Part shown: piece after piece, positions 11,454 to 23,279 of the stretch
Layout of the letters: each line of letters opens with the position of its first letter
How positions within the stretch are numbered: position 1 is the stretch's first letter
Source: Dicyema japonicum
Taxonomy: Eukaryota > Animalia > Dicyemida
Assembly (NCBI GenBank): GCA_011109175.1
Contig: RDEW01000022.1
Coordinates: 291,834-355,833 of the forward strand
Direction: 5' to 3'
Length of the DNA stretch: 64,000 nucleotides
Position numbers and translations under genes: made by a program
The notes under the pieces: generated by a model
The model's input: only the letters and a program-made list of their open reading frames with translations
The model's database searches: none
Told to the model about the DNA's origin: nothing

Positions 11454-12954
11454 ATGAAAGGTGAGAACATAGAAATAATAATAATTATAATAATAATTTC
11501 AACCAAAATGGGAATCAAGTAAATTTAATTAAATTATAATAGCCAAGACTATATCGACTGAAAAGCTGTTAATTAAACAGATATTAAGACGATATAATGA
11601 ATCCTGTGATCTTGGACGTCCTGTTGAGAATCACAATGACAAAGTAATCATATACTTTGGTTTGAGTTTAATACAAATCCTGACCTTAAATGAGAAAGAT
11701 CAGTCCTCACTACAATGTTTGGCTTACATATGTAAATTGACTGTTACTACCCTTAGTATTGGAATGATAGGCATTTAATGTGGAATAAATCAGAATATGA
11801 AAATATTCCACCATTCGAGTGTACTCCAACCTTATATGGATCCCTGATATTATACTTTACAATTAGTAATTTGAGGGATTTCATTCGTAGTGCCGATATA
11901 GATTGGAGGACAAAAAGAGATGCGTTGGCTACGGTAGACTTTAATGGAAATGTGTTATGGATCCCCCAGTCTATCCTTAAATCTCATGTCCAATTGATAT
12001 TACTTATTTTCCATTCGACACTCAAAAATGTAAACTAAAATTTGGATCCTGGTCATACAGTGGGGATGAATGGAATTGGACTTTTACGATGGAAAGAACT
12101 CCTTTGAATTGACTGAATACATAGAAAGTAACACATGGACTCTCATTCAATCAAATGCTGTACGAACTGTCAGCACATATCCCTGCTGTCCTCAGAAATT
12201 TGTGGAAATTACATTTTATTTGGTTCTTCAGAGAAAAGGGGGGTTCTACCATTACATCCTTGCACTGCCCTGTATATTACTCTCCATGATTACATTGGCC
12301 ATATTTTGGATACCACCAGAGTCACCGTCGAAAATGTTACTGGGTTGTTTTCAAATCTCTATTCTTTAGGAATGAATGTTTACGTGGCATCTTTGTGCTC
12401 CTTCTACTACTTTCAGAATCAACTCCTAAGGCAGCCTCTAATGTTCCACTACTAGGTTATTCTGGTTATAATTACCCCCAAAGGTTCATACTTTGTCTTC
12501 AACATGGTGGTTGATCACTTTGTCCACGTTTCTCGCAGCCGTCGTGGTTAACTTTAACATGCGTGGAGATAAAATCAATCCGATTCCTACGAATTTGAAA
12601 AAAGTCAGATTTCTCACTATAAAATAGATGGCTCTTTAAAGTTGCTACCATTTTTGGAATCAAGGAAGATCTTGAGCTGCCGAGTACCCCCTCACATAAA
12701 AACTTACCAGAAACGTACGATTTAATGAAAAATGAAATGAAACAACGAATTTTACCGAGCAGTGTTGATGCTGATGTACGGCACATTTGTGAGTGTGTGC
12801 GGGAGTTGCTAAAAATACAGAAAATTCAAGATTCCAGTAATTTGTAGTTTATGATTGGAGAATTTGTGCAATCATTTTGGATAGAATATTTTTTATTGTA
12901 TATTTGGCCACAAATTTAGTGGCGATTGCATTTGTCTTTTCAAGCTTTATTTGA
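11454..12954 (+). CDS. Cys-loop acetylcholine receptor alpha-type subunit, probable anion-selective subfamily; tiny introns and at least five -1 frameshifts in this sequence
   Basis: Signal peptide; GRPVENHND; WNDRHLMW; WIPDIILYN; Cys-loop [15 protein letters not shown]; KFGSWSY; vicinal YPCC (12178-12189); M1-M2 [13 protein letters not shown]; M4 [13 protein letters not shown]. Confidence 0.9.
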
Positions 12955-13878
12955 CTCCCAAAAATGACACTTCAGTAGTTATTCGATTTTAATCTTTTTA
13001 TTTTTTTCCTCATTTGTCTTTATGGTGGATGCTATGAGCACTAGGTAATGTCCCATTATTAAGATACAAATATTAGTCCAACCCAGTTCCCATGGCCGGG
13101 ATAAGTCTTTCCAAATATGATGGCCCCTGGAGCCTACAAAGAATAAGAGGTATTGTCTAATTAAGTTATCCTACGTTAATTCCTAGCTTCCTCCTGTGGT
13201 TTGCCTTCGAATTTTCGAATTAATCTTCTTAATGGAGAGGGATACTCATGGAAAAGTAAGATTATGAATATGTATCCAGTCTATCTCTATACCGAAAAGA
13301 ATACAACCTAAAAAGGCAATGCCAATCTACTCATACAACTATTTCGATAGTATTAAGTTGCTTATTAACCATGAAGCTCCAATGCGTGTTTCAAAGCTAA
13401 ATGAATTGCGAAAAAATTTAACTGGCACTAATAAAGCCCCACTAGCCAAAGTGGGTTTGTTTCTTAAAGATCAACTTCCGATGCCGTTTGGAACCACAAA
13501 TAGATGTGTGCTTCATGCAAAAATATAAAGAGGAGTACCACATAATGGGAATCGACCTATCTAAGGTATTTGATTATTCAGCAGAGTCAGATGATATAAA
13601 TATTAACACCACTACTCGAGGAAGATTGCATTAGAATAATTCGTTATCTACTCTCCTCCACTCAACTATTTATCCAGCTCGGAAATCAGAAATCCTGAGT
13701 ATTCGGAACAAACAAGGGCACCCCCAAGGAGATGCCCAATCCCCGGTCTTATTCATCGCATATCTGGAGGCAACCCTACGAGATGCCAGGAATAATATGT
13801 CACATGGGCGGCGCGTAACGCATGGGCAGCCTGTTACATTTTTTCGACCTTGAAAAGGTCTTTTGATTATCCGACATT

Positions 13879-13985
13879 ATTATTATTATTACCCCCAGGA
13901 TCACTGGGTCAAAAAGAAAGAAATAAAAGTTCTCATCTAACTAAGTGATCCCAGACCGACAAAGGAGAGGACGAGTCTTTCATTG
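13879..13985 (-). mobile_element. 107-nt 5'-truncated Ingi/Vingi-like 3' end inserted in the Ginger 5' region
   Basis: 14-bp TSD GATTATCCGACATT (13865-13878 and 13986-13999), (TAA)n tail, stem GGGATCACT/AGTGATCCT. Closely similar to 55210-55300. Confidence 0.85.
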
Positions 13986-14127
13986 GATTATCCGACATTT
14001 AATTTTATATATCCGATTTATATCGTGATTTAATCCTGTTAAATTAGTTTTTTATTCATAAATGTTATGATTATAAAGATTTTATTTTTTATAGCGGTAA
14101 ACCTAGATTTCTAGCGTGATTTATAGC

Positions 14128-15634
14128 ATGGAAGATTATTTTGTTGCAATGGCTTCTTACAAGGGTTTTGTGAAAGATTGCGTTGAATATCAAACTTTAA
14201 AAGATGCTTTGCATGATAAATTTCCCGAAAATCTTCCGAGGCACCGAAAATATAGGCTTGTAAAGAAGATAGAGAATTTTTCTATTATCAATGACAGGTA
14301 TTGTAAATTTTCAATAATTTTAGACTGTATCTTAAATCAACTGATCCCAAGTTAGTCATATCCCTGGATAATGAAACCGAAATGGAGCATGTTGCGAAAT
14401 CGTTGCACGAGTTTTCACACGGAGGAGTCAATAAAATTGAGTATGAATGTCGACAAAGATACTTCACTGTAAAGAATGAGATTATCAGAAAAGTCATTCG
14501 AAATTGTGAAGTCTGCAAATTTTCGCGTCCTTTAAAAGTTCGTGATTTTTTATAATTATAGATTGGAGATATAAATCACCATGTGTTTGCTTCTTCTCCA
14601 AATGAACGTTTTCAGATAGATCTAATAGACCTGAAAAAATTTTCAACATTAAATGAAAATTTCAAATGGATTTTAACGGTCATTGACATATATAGTAGGT
14701 TGGTTTTTTTTTAATTTATAGATTCGCTTTTGTACGACCACTCTATAATAAGTCTGGTAAAGAAGTATGTGAAAACTTAAGATCTTTGTTCCGCCTGAAT
14801 GGGCCATGTAAATTTCTTCAGTCGGACAATGGTTCTGAATTTAAAAATCAAGAAATAACAAAACTTTGCGAAGATTTTAACATTAAGCAAATTCACGGAA
14901 GGCCTAACAATCCACGAGCACAAGGAATTGTCGAAAGATTTAATCAGACGATCACGAGGAAGTTGTCAAAAATGCTGGATAACAGTGAAAAAAAGTGGCT
15001 TGATAAATTAGAAAGTGCTGTCTACAGTTACAACATATCGGTCCATTCATTTTCTAACGAAAGTCCTTTCGAAAGATATCGAGGAATTAAGGGAATAAAT
15101 TCAATAATTAATGGTTATACTTATATCACATTATGACTTAGATAATTTAAGTGATGAGTGTGCGATTCCAGAACAAATTGACGATTTGGTTAATTGTTCG
15201 ACTCCAGAATCTATTGAAAATTCACGTAGTTTGATTTAAAAAATTTATATCTAGATAATTCCCAGTCAGATAATTTGTGTCCGAATGCGAAGAGATTCAA
15301 CTTCGAAATTAAATCGATTGAAGAAAATTCTAATTATTACAAAGCTATGAACAGGAAAATGAATGTTCATAATAGTAAATATACTTTTAACATGGGAGAT
15401 AAAGTATGAATCAAAAACATTAATAAATAGGTTCGGGCTAAAAAGGACTTTGGAACAAATCCCTCATTGCGACTGGATAAGTTTGAGTCTCAGTATTATC
15501 CAGTTGCAGAAATAATTAATATTTTATCGAATAATCGCGTGGAGGTAGTTTTAAATAGTTTAATTTGATAGATAAAAAATTCGAAAGGAGAAATATCGAC
15601 TGTATTAATGAGTAGACTAAAAAAAGTTACTTAA
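14128..15634 (+). CDS. DDE integrase/transposase, 440 aa after removing 7 GT-AG introns (14298-14323, 14538-14561, 14699-14721, 15114-15141, 15226-15254, 15404-15430, 15545-15571)
   Basis: HHCC finger (HEFSH...CEVC), D (QIDLID), D (QSDNGSEF), E (GIVERFN). Splicing gives 1323 nt of uninterrupted frame ending in TAA. Confidence 0.88.
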
Positions 15635-16379
15635 ATTTAATTTTTTGTGGTTAATAAATCATTTATAAAATTAATTGAAGTTAATCTTGGTTCAAGGTTA
15701 TAAAATTAATTGAAGTTAATCTTGGTTCAAGGTTAATGTAACAGGCTGCCCATAGGTAACGCTTGGCCCATGTGACATAATATCACCAGACATATAACGA
15801 AAGTCATCTTCGCAGATGACATAGATCTCACGGCAACATACCACCAATTAGAAGGTATTATCGACAAATTGGCCAAAACATTTGAAAACCATTCCTAAAA
15901 ATTAACACCGAGAAAAACAGAATATACTATAGTAAGGCGAACAACGACACGAGGAAAAATGGAGACATACAAAGAAACTTGGCACTCTACTAAGTGATAC
16001 AGAAAACATACTACGAAGAAAACTAAAGAAGCCACCGGGTCTCACGTACGTCGTGTCTTTTTAGTGTAGTTAGGTGTCCAAAATAAATAAATATATTCTA
16101 AAAAAATAATATATCAGAAATTATTATAATGCAGCCCTCGAAGCGAAATGAGTTTTACACCCCAGACTTAGAGTCTTCGAATGCTCCTCCTTTGGTACGA
16201 CTCCACGAGAATGGTGGTCTGGGTCCATTTCGGAGTCGATGTTTGCGTTCCTAATTAGAGGTGGAAGGATGGCCGATGATAAAAAAAAGTATTGGAAAGT
16301 AAAATTCGGGTCATCCTTAGACTCGACTCATCAAGAAATCCGCTCAGTACCCCATTAATTTGTTCTGTTAACAGCATCA

Positions 16380-18300
16380 AAAGCTCTTGATAGGTCAATT
16401 CCCAAATATTGTGGCGTTACGGTATCTTTGATATGTTGCACACCTCCATCTGTGACTCCAGACCGCATCAGCTGTGGATCTCCCTTCTCGAAAACCACAT
16501 TGACTATCTGGTAGGTATTTGTAAGCAGATCCTTTTATTCGTTCAAGCACAATGTTTGCCAAGACTTTTCGTAATGAATTTAGTAGTATGATGGGTAGCA
16601 AATTTTCGATCGGTCCTCTGTTTTTGTTGGTTGTTTTTGTATGGGGATTAGTAGTCCCGTACCCAGAGGTAGAGTTGAGTTAGTTGAAAACATTTCATTT
16701 TGTAGTGTAGCGAATTTTTCAAAAAGGAGGTCAGGGCCGTATTTCAGTAATTCTGGGTTTATCGCATCTGGTCCGGGGCTTCTGTTATTCTTGAGTTTTC
16801 GGCAGGCCGTTTTGATTTCCTCGGCCGTGATTGGTATCTCAAGGGGTCTTGGCCTTCCATCAAATGGGTGGATTTCTATGGTTTTGATGTTGAAAAGCTT
16901 CTCAAAGTGAGCCGCGATGGCTTCAGTTTGTTCTTTGGTGTTCAGTATTAGCTTACCGTTCTCGTCTTTTATGGTTAGTCGACTTCGGTTTGTTCGCCGC
17001 AGCAAACGGGCAGCGACGTACACCTGTGCGTTGTCTTTCACTTTGTTTACTTCTTCTATACAGGAGCTATTTCTTCTATGAAAAGCTTCTTGTTCAGACC
17101 CTTTATTTTTCTTCTGACACGTTGTCGCCTTGAAGGGCTTTTATCGCATTAGTGTCAGTGACATTTGATTTTCTCATATTTATTTCTTTTAGACTTTTTG
17201 CAAGTCCAGGAACATCTGGATGAATAGCCTTCAGGTGCATTTTACTATTCTCCTTTTTGTCAAGACATGCTTCAGCAGCTTCGTTGATGGTGTCCTTTGT
17301 TCGTTTCCAGGCGTCTTCTAGCGTGGTATCCACCAATACGTCCTGCAAATGTCTGAATGTATTGTTGATATTTCTCAGTAGTCTCCGGTTGAGAAATCAG
17401 CCTTTCAGTCGCCTCTGATTTTCTCAAATTCGTGATTTTTTGCATTCTGTATTTAATGGCATGTTTTTTCAGGGTGAAGGTCGCAATAACCATCTTGTGG
17501 TCGCTGACAGTCGTCGAGCCTTCATATGAACGTGCGTTTACTAGAAGGTGTTTGTCTTTAGCCCGGCATATGACATAATCTATTTGGTTGTATATTGAGA
17601 CCAGCTTTCCTTCTGAGTTCCTTCGCTTCCCCATCCACGTAGTTTTGTGGCAGGAATGCGTAAATGCAGTATTGCATAGGAAAGGGTTGTTTTCCATACA
17701 AAAGTAAACAAGTATTGTCCCGGGTAGGTTTCTTATTCCACGTCCATGTTCTCCCAAGAAAACATCATCAGGGTTATTCTTCATCCCAATTTTGCATTCA
17801 AGTCTTCAGCAATAAATATTTGTGATGACGACTCATATTCGTTGTACGTCTGTAACAGTTTTTAATAGAAGTTGTCTAGTTCTGTTGGATCTATTGCTAC
17901 TCTCCCGCAGTGTGGTACATAAACATTTACAATTGTCAGAAAGCTCTTCGTCGGATTTTTAAAGGAGGTAAGTCGTTTAGCCGGATTTGTATAACACAGA
18001 TCCTGTCATTCCCACTCAATATACGGTGGACTGCACTTGTCAACTTTGAGTGGATGGCAAATCCATGTCCATAATGTTTTGAGTCGCTCGGATGACATAT
18101 AATTCGATATTCTCCAAAGTTCTCATCAAGGCTACAAGTAACTTTCGTCTCTTGTAACCACCCAATAGATACGTCGTTTCTCTACGGTCGTCACAGAGAA
18201 TCTTCCTCGACCAGGTCGTAGATAAGCCTCTAGCATTGAACGTAAGGACTTTTAGACATTTTTCTCAATTGCGATCCAATCAAGAAACGAGGCAAGTCAC
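16380..18300 (-). mobile_element. RTE-clade LINE with APE and N-terminal RT, decayed
   Basis: VLTFNARGL, YNQIDYV, SDHKMVIA, KLKNNRSPGPDAI, QCGFREGRSTAD. Confidence 0.85.
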
Positions 18301-19139
18301 CACCTCACCAAAACCCTGCATATTAAGTAAATTTTATTAAATTATTTTTTAATTTTATTCATTAAATAGTTTATTTAATTAATTACTAGTATATTCATCA
18401 TTTTGGTATTTAATCCTATAGATGTTCAATTTCATCATCTTATATCATCCATTCTGCATTTTGACACAGAAAAATTGTCAATGTACTAAATATTAATTAC
18501 TAAGATTTTTGATTAATTGTACATTTTCTGGCCTACACTTTCTAGAATAACGGCAATGGAAATTCAAAACATTATATCTGTAATTTAAATTAATCAATTC
18601 TTTACCTTTAATTATTGAATCGTGGGAAAATGTGAAAAGGCGTTAAAAATTGTAAAATTACAAAGGGAGAATAAACCGAGAAAGAGAATGAAACAAATTT
18701 GAATTCATCGAATAAAACCCTAGAAAATTTCAGCTCCAAAAATTGATTTAAATGACATTAAATTTTGTTTAATAATGAAGAATTGAAAAAGAGTCAAGTT
18801 TTAAAAGCTGTGAAGAAGATGGAGATAACAATGAACTCTAAAAAATGAAGAAAATTGGATATGCAGACTTGATAAATCATATTGAAAAACTTGAAAAATA
18901 CTTTTTAAAATACGGAAACAATGGATTATCAATTCTCGGAATGCGGCGTAATAATTTATTAGAAATTAACAAAAGAGAAAATCGATGATAACTGATTTTA
19001 TGATTGAATTAAATATAGAATATTGATTTTTCTTAAAAATTTATTTTAATGAACGCGCTAAAAATGAAGAATAGTCGCGTTCATTAAATTATTTATTCTC
19101 TTGTTCATCAAAAATTGGCTTTAATACACCATTCTTCAA

Positions 19140-19620
19140 AACTTCTTTCCCAAAATGATTCTCACTAAACCTAACCAAGTTAAAAAAGCTCGGAAACCTG
19201 ATATTGTGTGTAGAGTTCAATGCTAAACATCCAGCCTGGTTAAATCACAGCCAACAAACTCAAGAGGATTATCCTTATTAAACCAACTCACCTCCCTGAC
19301 TATCCTCAACAACCCCAGGAAGCACACTAGGACTCCTTACAAGGAATACGAAGAATCAACGTCCCCGGACATTACCTTCTATTCCCCAAACCTTGCACCG
19401 GACACATCTTGGACGGTTCATTATGGATTATCTTCCGACCACAATCATTATTCGCATCAAAAAAGTTTTTTTACAACAGGAAAGACTGTTTCATTTTTCA
19501 ACTATAAAAAAGCAAATTGGAGTGACTATTCAAAATACATCGATCAAGCTCTCCAGTAGATGAAGCTATTGTATTTTTGAACAAAATTATTCTCACGGCG
19601 CGGAAAACATTCATTCCGAT
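19140..19620 (+). mobile_element. Ingi/Vingi-like APE fragment
   Basis: Conceptual translation gives EFNAKHPAW, TSPDITF, SDHNH with frameshifts. Confidence 0.55.
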
Positions 19621-20339
19621 ATTGGTGTTCTTGGGTTAACAATGATAATTAAAAGATATCAACAAGAAATGCCAATGCCACGAACACAAAATGTGTAAGA
19701 TCACACAAAATTTACAGAAAACAGCTTTGAGATGACTAAAAGAAGAAAATGGAAATTGGGCAAAGTAATATATGCGGGAATTCGGTCATAATGAGACATG
19801 ACATATGAAATCGAAATAATAGTAAACATCCACTCAATGATAAAATGCAAATTTTTGTAAGTCCAAAAAATCTCAAAAGTAGTTGAATTTTTGTAGTGTC
19901 TTTGATTGAATCAGCATGAACATGTTCAAGGAAGCACCAAAAGCTCTGTTATTTGTTCTAAGAAATCTGTTCAACGTGAGCATTAAGTGTTACAGAAATA
20001 ATGTCGGCAAATAGAAGAAAATAATTTATAAAAATTAAAAAACTAATCACAGTAAATCCAGAAAAATCAAATAGTGGAGAATAATTCATATTTTTAGGTT
20101 ACCAAAATATGTATATTAGACATTTTGATAACAACCTTCAAAACTATTTGATGAATCCAATAACATATATAAATCCAATAATATAATATAATAAAATAAA
20201 ATTATTGACAGAAAAAACCAACCACAAGAACGTAACAACTACACGACAACTAATACACACATTAAAAGGTTCGCCATATTAAAAAGCAATTTTTAAAAAA
20301 AATAAATATGTATTGAATTAATATAAATTTGTTTATTTT

Positions 20340-21060
20340 ACTATTCATGGCGGAAATGATATTCTAACTTATGCCGACGACATCGTCATTGCGTTACGCG
20401 ATCATGACATCCAGATTGCCACTTCGAGATTGCAAGAAAACCTGGACCGTTTTGACAAATGACTATCGAAAAATCGCCTAACTGCCAGCAGTGAAAAGTC
20501 CGTCACAACCCTATTTATTTCAGACAAGAGATTGGGAAGACGGACAGTCGAACTGAAGGCAAACAATGAAGCTATTCCTTTCAGAAATCTCAAAAGATCC
20601 TTGGGGTGACTTTTGACATGCACATGTCATTCTCTCCATGTTGAGAACGTAATTACAAAATGCAAAAAGAAAACTAATGTTCTGAAATGCCTCACAGGCT
20701 TATGGTGATCGAAAAGCATTCTGTTTTGAGCACTGTATCTCTTATGCATGTGGTATATGGGCCCACTCATCTCTTGGACGAATGTCTTGAAGATCAAGGC
20801 TAGCCGGAAAAGAGTCTCCAAACTCACGGAAGCTGGATTTATGGAGAGTTACAGCCACCAATGCCACTTGAAGCCTTAATACGAGTAAACCATGGAACGC
20901 GCCGTCGTGACTGCGAAGGTCCAGTCACTCGACCGATACGTGCTTGTGTGGGGTCGAAGGAGGAGCATCGGGCCAAGATGAAGTCCCTGCTAGTGTGTGC
21001 TGGGATCACGTGATTAGTTAGTTTGTGTAACCGTGGTTTCTGGTGTTATTATTATTACTA
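20340..21060 (+). mobile_element. Ingi/Vingi-like RT C-terminus and 3' end
   Basis: LTYADD, ILGVTFD, ends AGIT-TGA-TTAG-TTAG, stem GGGATCACG/CGTGGTTTC, (TTA)n tail. Confidence 0.7.
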
Positions 21061-21490
21061 TATATAAATATAGGCCGACCAATTGAATATGTTGTTCTAC
21101 TTGGAGATTTGCTCTTCCCTCTTCAAGGATCGATTGTATAAACTATCTCAGCATAAAACCGCAGGGCTAATGCAAGCCGACAGTTCATCCATCACCAGTC
21201 TTCTTTCTGTGGTGCGACACTGATAAATGGCCAGAGTTTTTTACGCTTCTAAGGTACTAGGAAACCCATTCATGAAAAGGTGACTCACGCAGAGGAATTC
21301 AGATCCGTCATAAAGAAATGCATCCCGATAGAATTTCTCTGCAGACATATAAGAAGGCATTTTCAGAGGCAGTTGGGTCGCTGGAGGGACATTCAATGAG
21401 AGTCGGGAGATATTGGAAGGTTGGGGTCTCCTAATTAGTGAATCTAACCTTTCTTTCTTGGTGGTCTTGGGGTTAAAATAATAATAAACA
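21060..21490 (+). mobile_element. Second Ingi/Vingi-like 3' fragment, tandem to the previous one
   Basis: WRFALPSS, GNP, EFLC; TAATTAG; ggtggtcttggggtt plus (TAA)n. Confidence 0.65.
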
Positions 21491-21679
21491 TTGCCTTTTG
21501 GTTAAGTTAGTGACATGACTCAGTACTATGTCAGGAAAACAGATTTAATTGACTATACTTCATCCTCTTGACATTCAATGTCAGTGGGGTCTCCAGTACA
21601 TTAAAAGAATAAAAATTTGTGACTACCCTTCGAGATACAAAGTATCGTTCATATGTCTTCAAGAGACATAATTAACTAA

Positions 21680-23230
21680 TGGGATATAACATCACGGAGA
21701 GTTCAGGCAAATCTTACTTTTCTGCGGTCCAAGCACTATGGAAGGGATTCGCTGTAAGGAATGGCTAGTCAGGAGAATTTACCGATATTAAAGTGTGAAG
21801 GACAATTTGTCAAGTGTTACATAAACAGATATGCTCCCCACAGTGGATGGTTTAATAGGAACTCTAAGGAGATTGAAGATTTTTATACTAATCTGTCGGT
21901 TATTTACACTGAACTTGCATACTCAATAATGATTAGGGAGACCTAAACGCGAAAGTGGGTACTCGGATTACCTACGAAGAAACATTTATTGGAGGCATGA
22001 AAAAAGTAACTTGCCGGGGACTCTACTTCTACACGTAAACAACCTATTCCTCTACAACATGAAATAATCGATTAAAATGATTGAAAGTCTCAATGACAAT
22101 GGAAAATTTTATGAGGCCGTTAGACAATTTAGAAGGAAACAATGAAACAACCAGTAACTTTGGGGGAACGAGCAAGAGAGACAGATCTTGGATCAACTGG
22201 GAGTGGCAGAGCTTATCGTTGATTACTTAGAAAAGTTGTTCAAATCAAATGATCATAGTAGAATTTGATTGCTCCAGAAGGGGACGAACTTTAATCGGAA
22301 ATAACCCCAAAAGAAATACAGGTAGCAAGCTAAAAATTAAAAAAAAGTACAAGAGCCCGGGCCTGGATGGTCTTAATGGCGAATTCTTCAAATATGGAAG
22401 TCAAAAATTGTATGAAAATGTCACCTATGTCTTAAATGGAGTGCACAGAACCAACAGAATCCTACTGTTGGGATGGGGACCTTGATACTCGCTGAGAAAA
22501 CTCATAAACCAAGGGCTAAAGTGGAAAACCTCAAACCGGTTATTATGATGAACACAGTTTGAAAAATATTGGCCAACATAGCCCTATAAAGAATGGAGAG
22601 TCGGTTACACTTACACCTGTAAACTTACCATAGCGACTTATGTAAGGGAAGATCGACCTCGTTTGTGTGTGGATTCACAAGTTAATGTGCGCAGCGGTCC
22701 AAAGATTCAAAGTGACAACGACTATTCTTGGGTCGACTATTATTGACTCGGTTAATAGACAGAAACTGTTACAAGTTCTGGAGGACTTCCTTTACAGTTC
22801 CACAGTCAGACTGACTAGGAAACTCCTAATGGATACGAATCTGAATGTGAGAATCAAGGGTACCTTCTCAAAGGCACACCCCAAGGAGATCCATTATCCC
22901 TTCGAGACATGTAGACGTTCCTTAAAAGGCATACCCAGACGATGTGGACTTGATTCAAATGATAAATACTGTTTTATTAGAGGATATAATAGAGGAAGTG
23001 AGGAACAAGAAAACATTAGAAAAAACATTAATAAATGCACACAAAATCAAGAAAACCTGGTTTGTCCGTAATAGGATCGATGTGAATACAAGAGTCCTCC
23101 TGTAAAACACACTTGTGAAACTCACTTGAACTTGCACAAGGCAAGAGCTTGGAAAGCTGAACTCATTCATAAAGATCAGCTTTGGCATATCTTTGGAGCT
23201 CTTCAGACTAAAACCATGATTTTTTGTTAG
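21680..23230 (+). mobile_element. Heavily decayed RTE-clade LINE
   Basis: SPGLDGLNGEFFKYG, KGRSTS..WIHK and DSVNRQKL, homologous to copy A. Confidence 0.75.
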
Positions 23231-23279
23231 TAACAAAAAATTAGGATAGTATTCTAGTCCTGTTACTAGACTTTGGAAT

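Larger units (their letters stand above)
13798..15777 (+). mobile_element. Ginger/Tdd-type (Gypsy-integrase-related) DNA transposon, full length
   Basis: 41-bp TIRs TGTCACATGGGC...CCTGTTACA (13798-13838 and 15737-15777), 5-bp TSD TAATA (13793-13797 and 15778-15782), single integrase gene. Confidence 0.9.
13200..16060 (+). mobile_element. Decayed RTE-like RT fragment hosting the Ginger insertion
   Basis: PQGDAQSPVLFIAYLEATLRDARNN (left) and ITRHITKVIFADD (right) rejoin in frame once the insert and one TAATA copy are removed. Confidence 0.7.

Noticed and set aside
18180-18330. HDV-like ribozyme at the RTE 5' end
   Set aside because: Only a short GAGG/CCTC pairing was found and the full helix order could not be built.
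18400-19030. Possible MULE or other transposase remnant
   Set aside because: No catalytic motif or paired termini could be identified.
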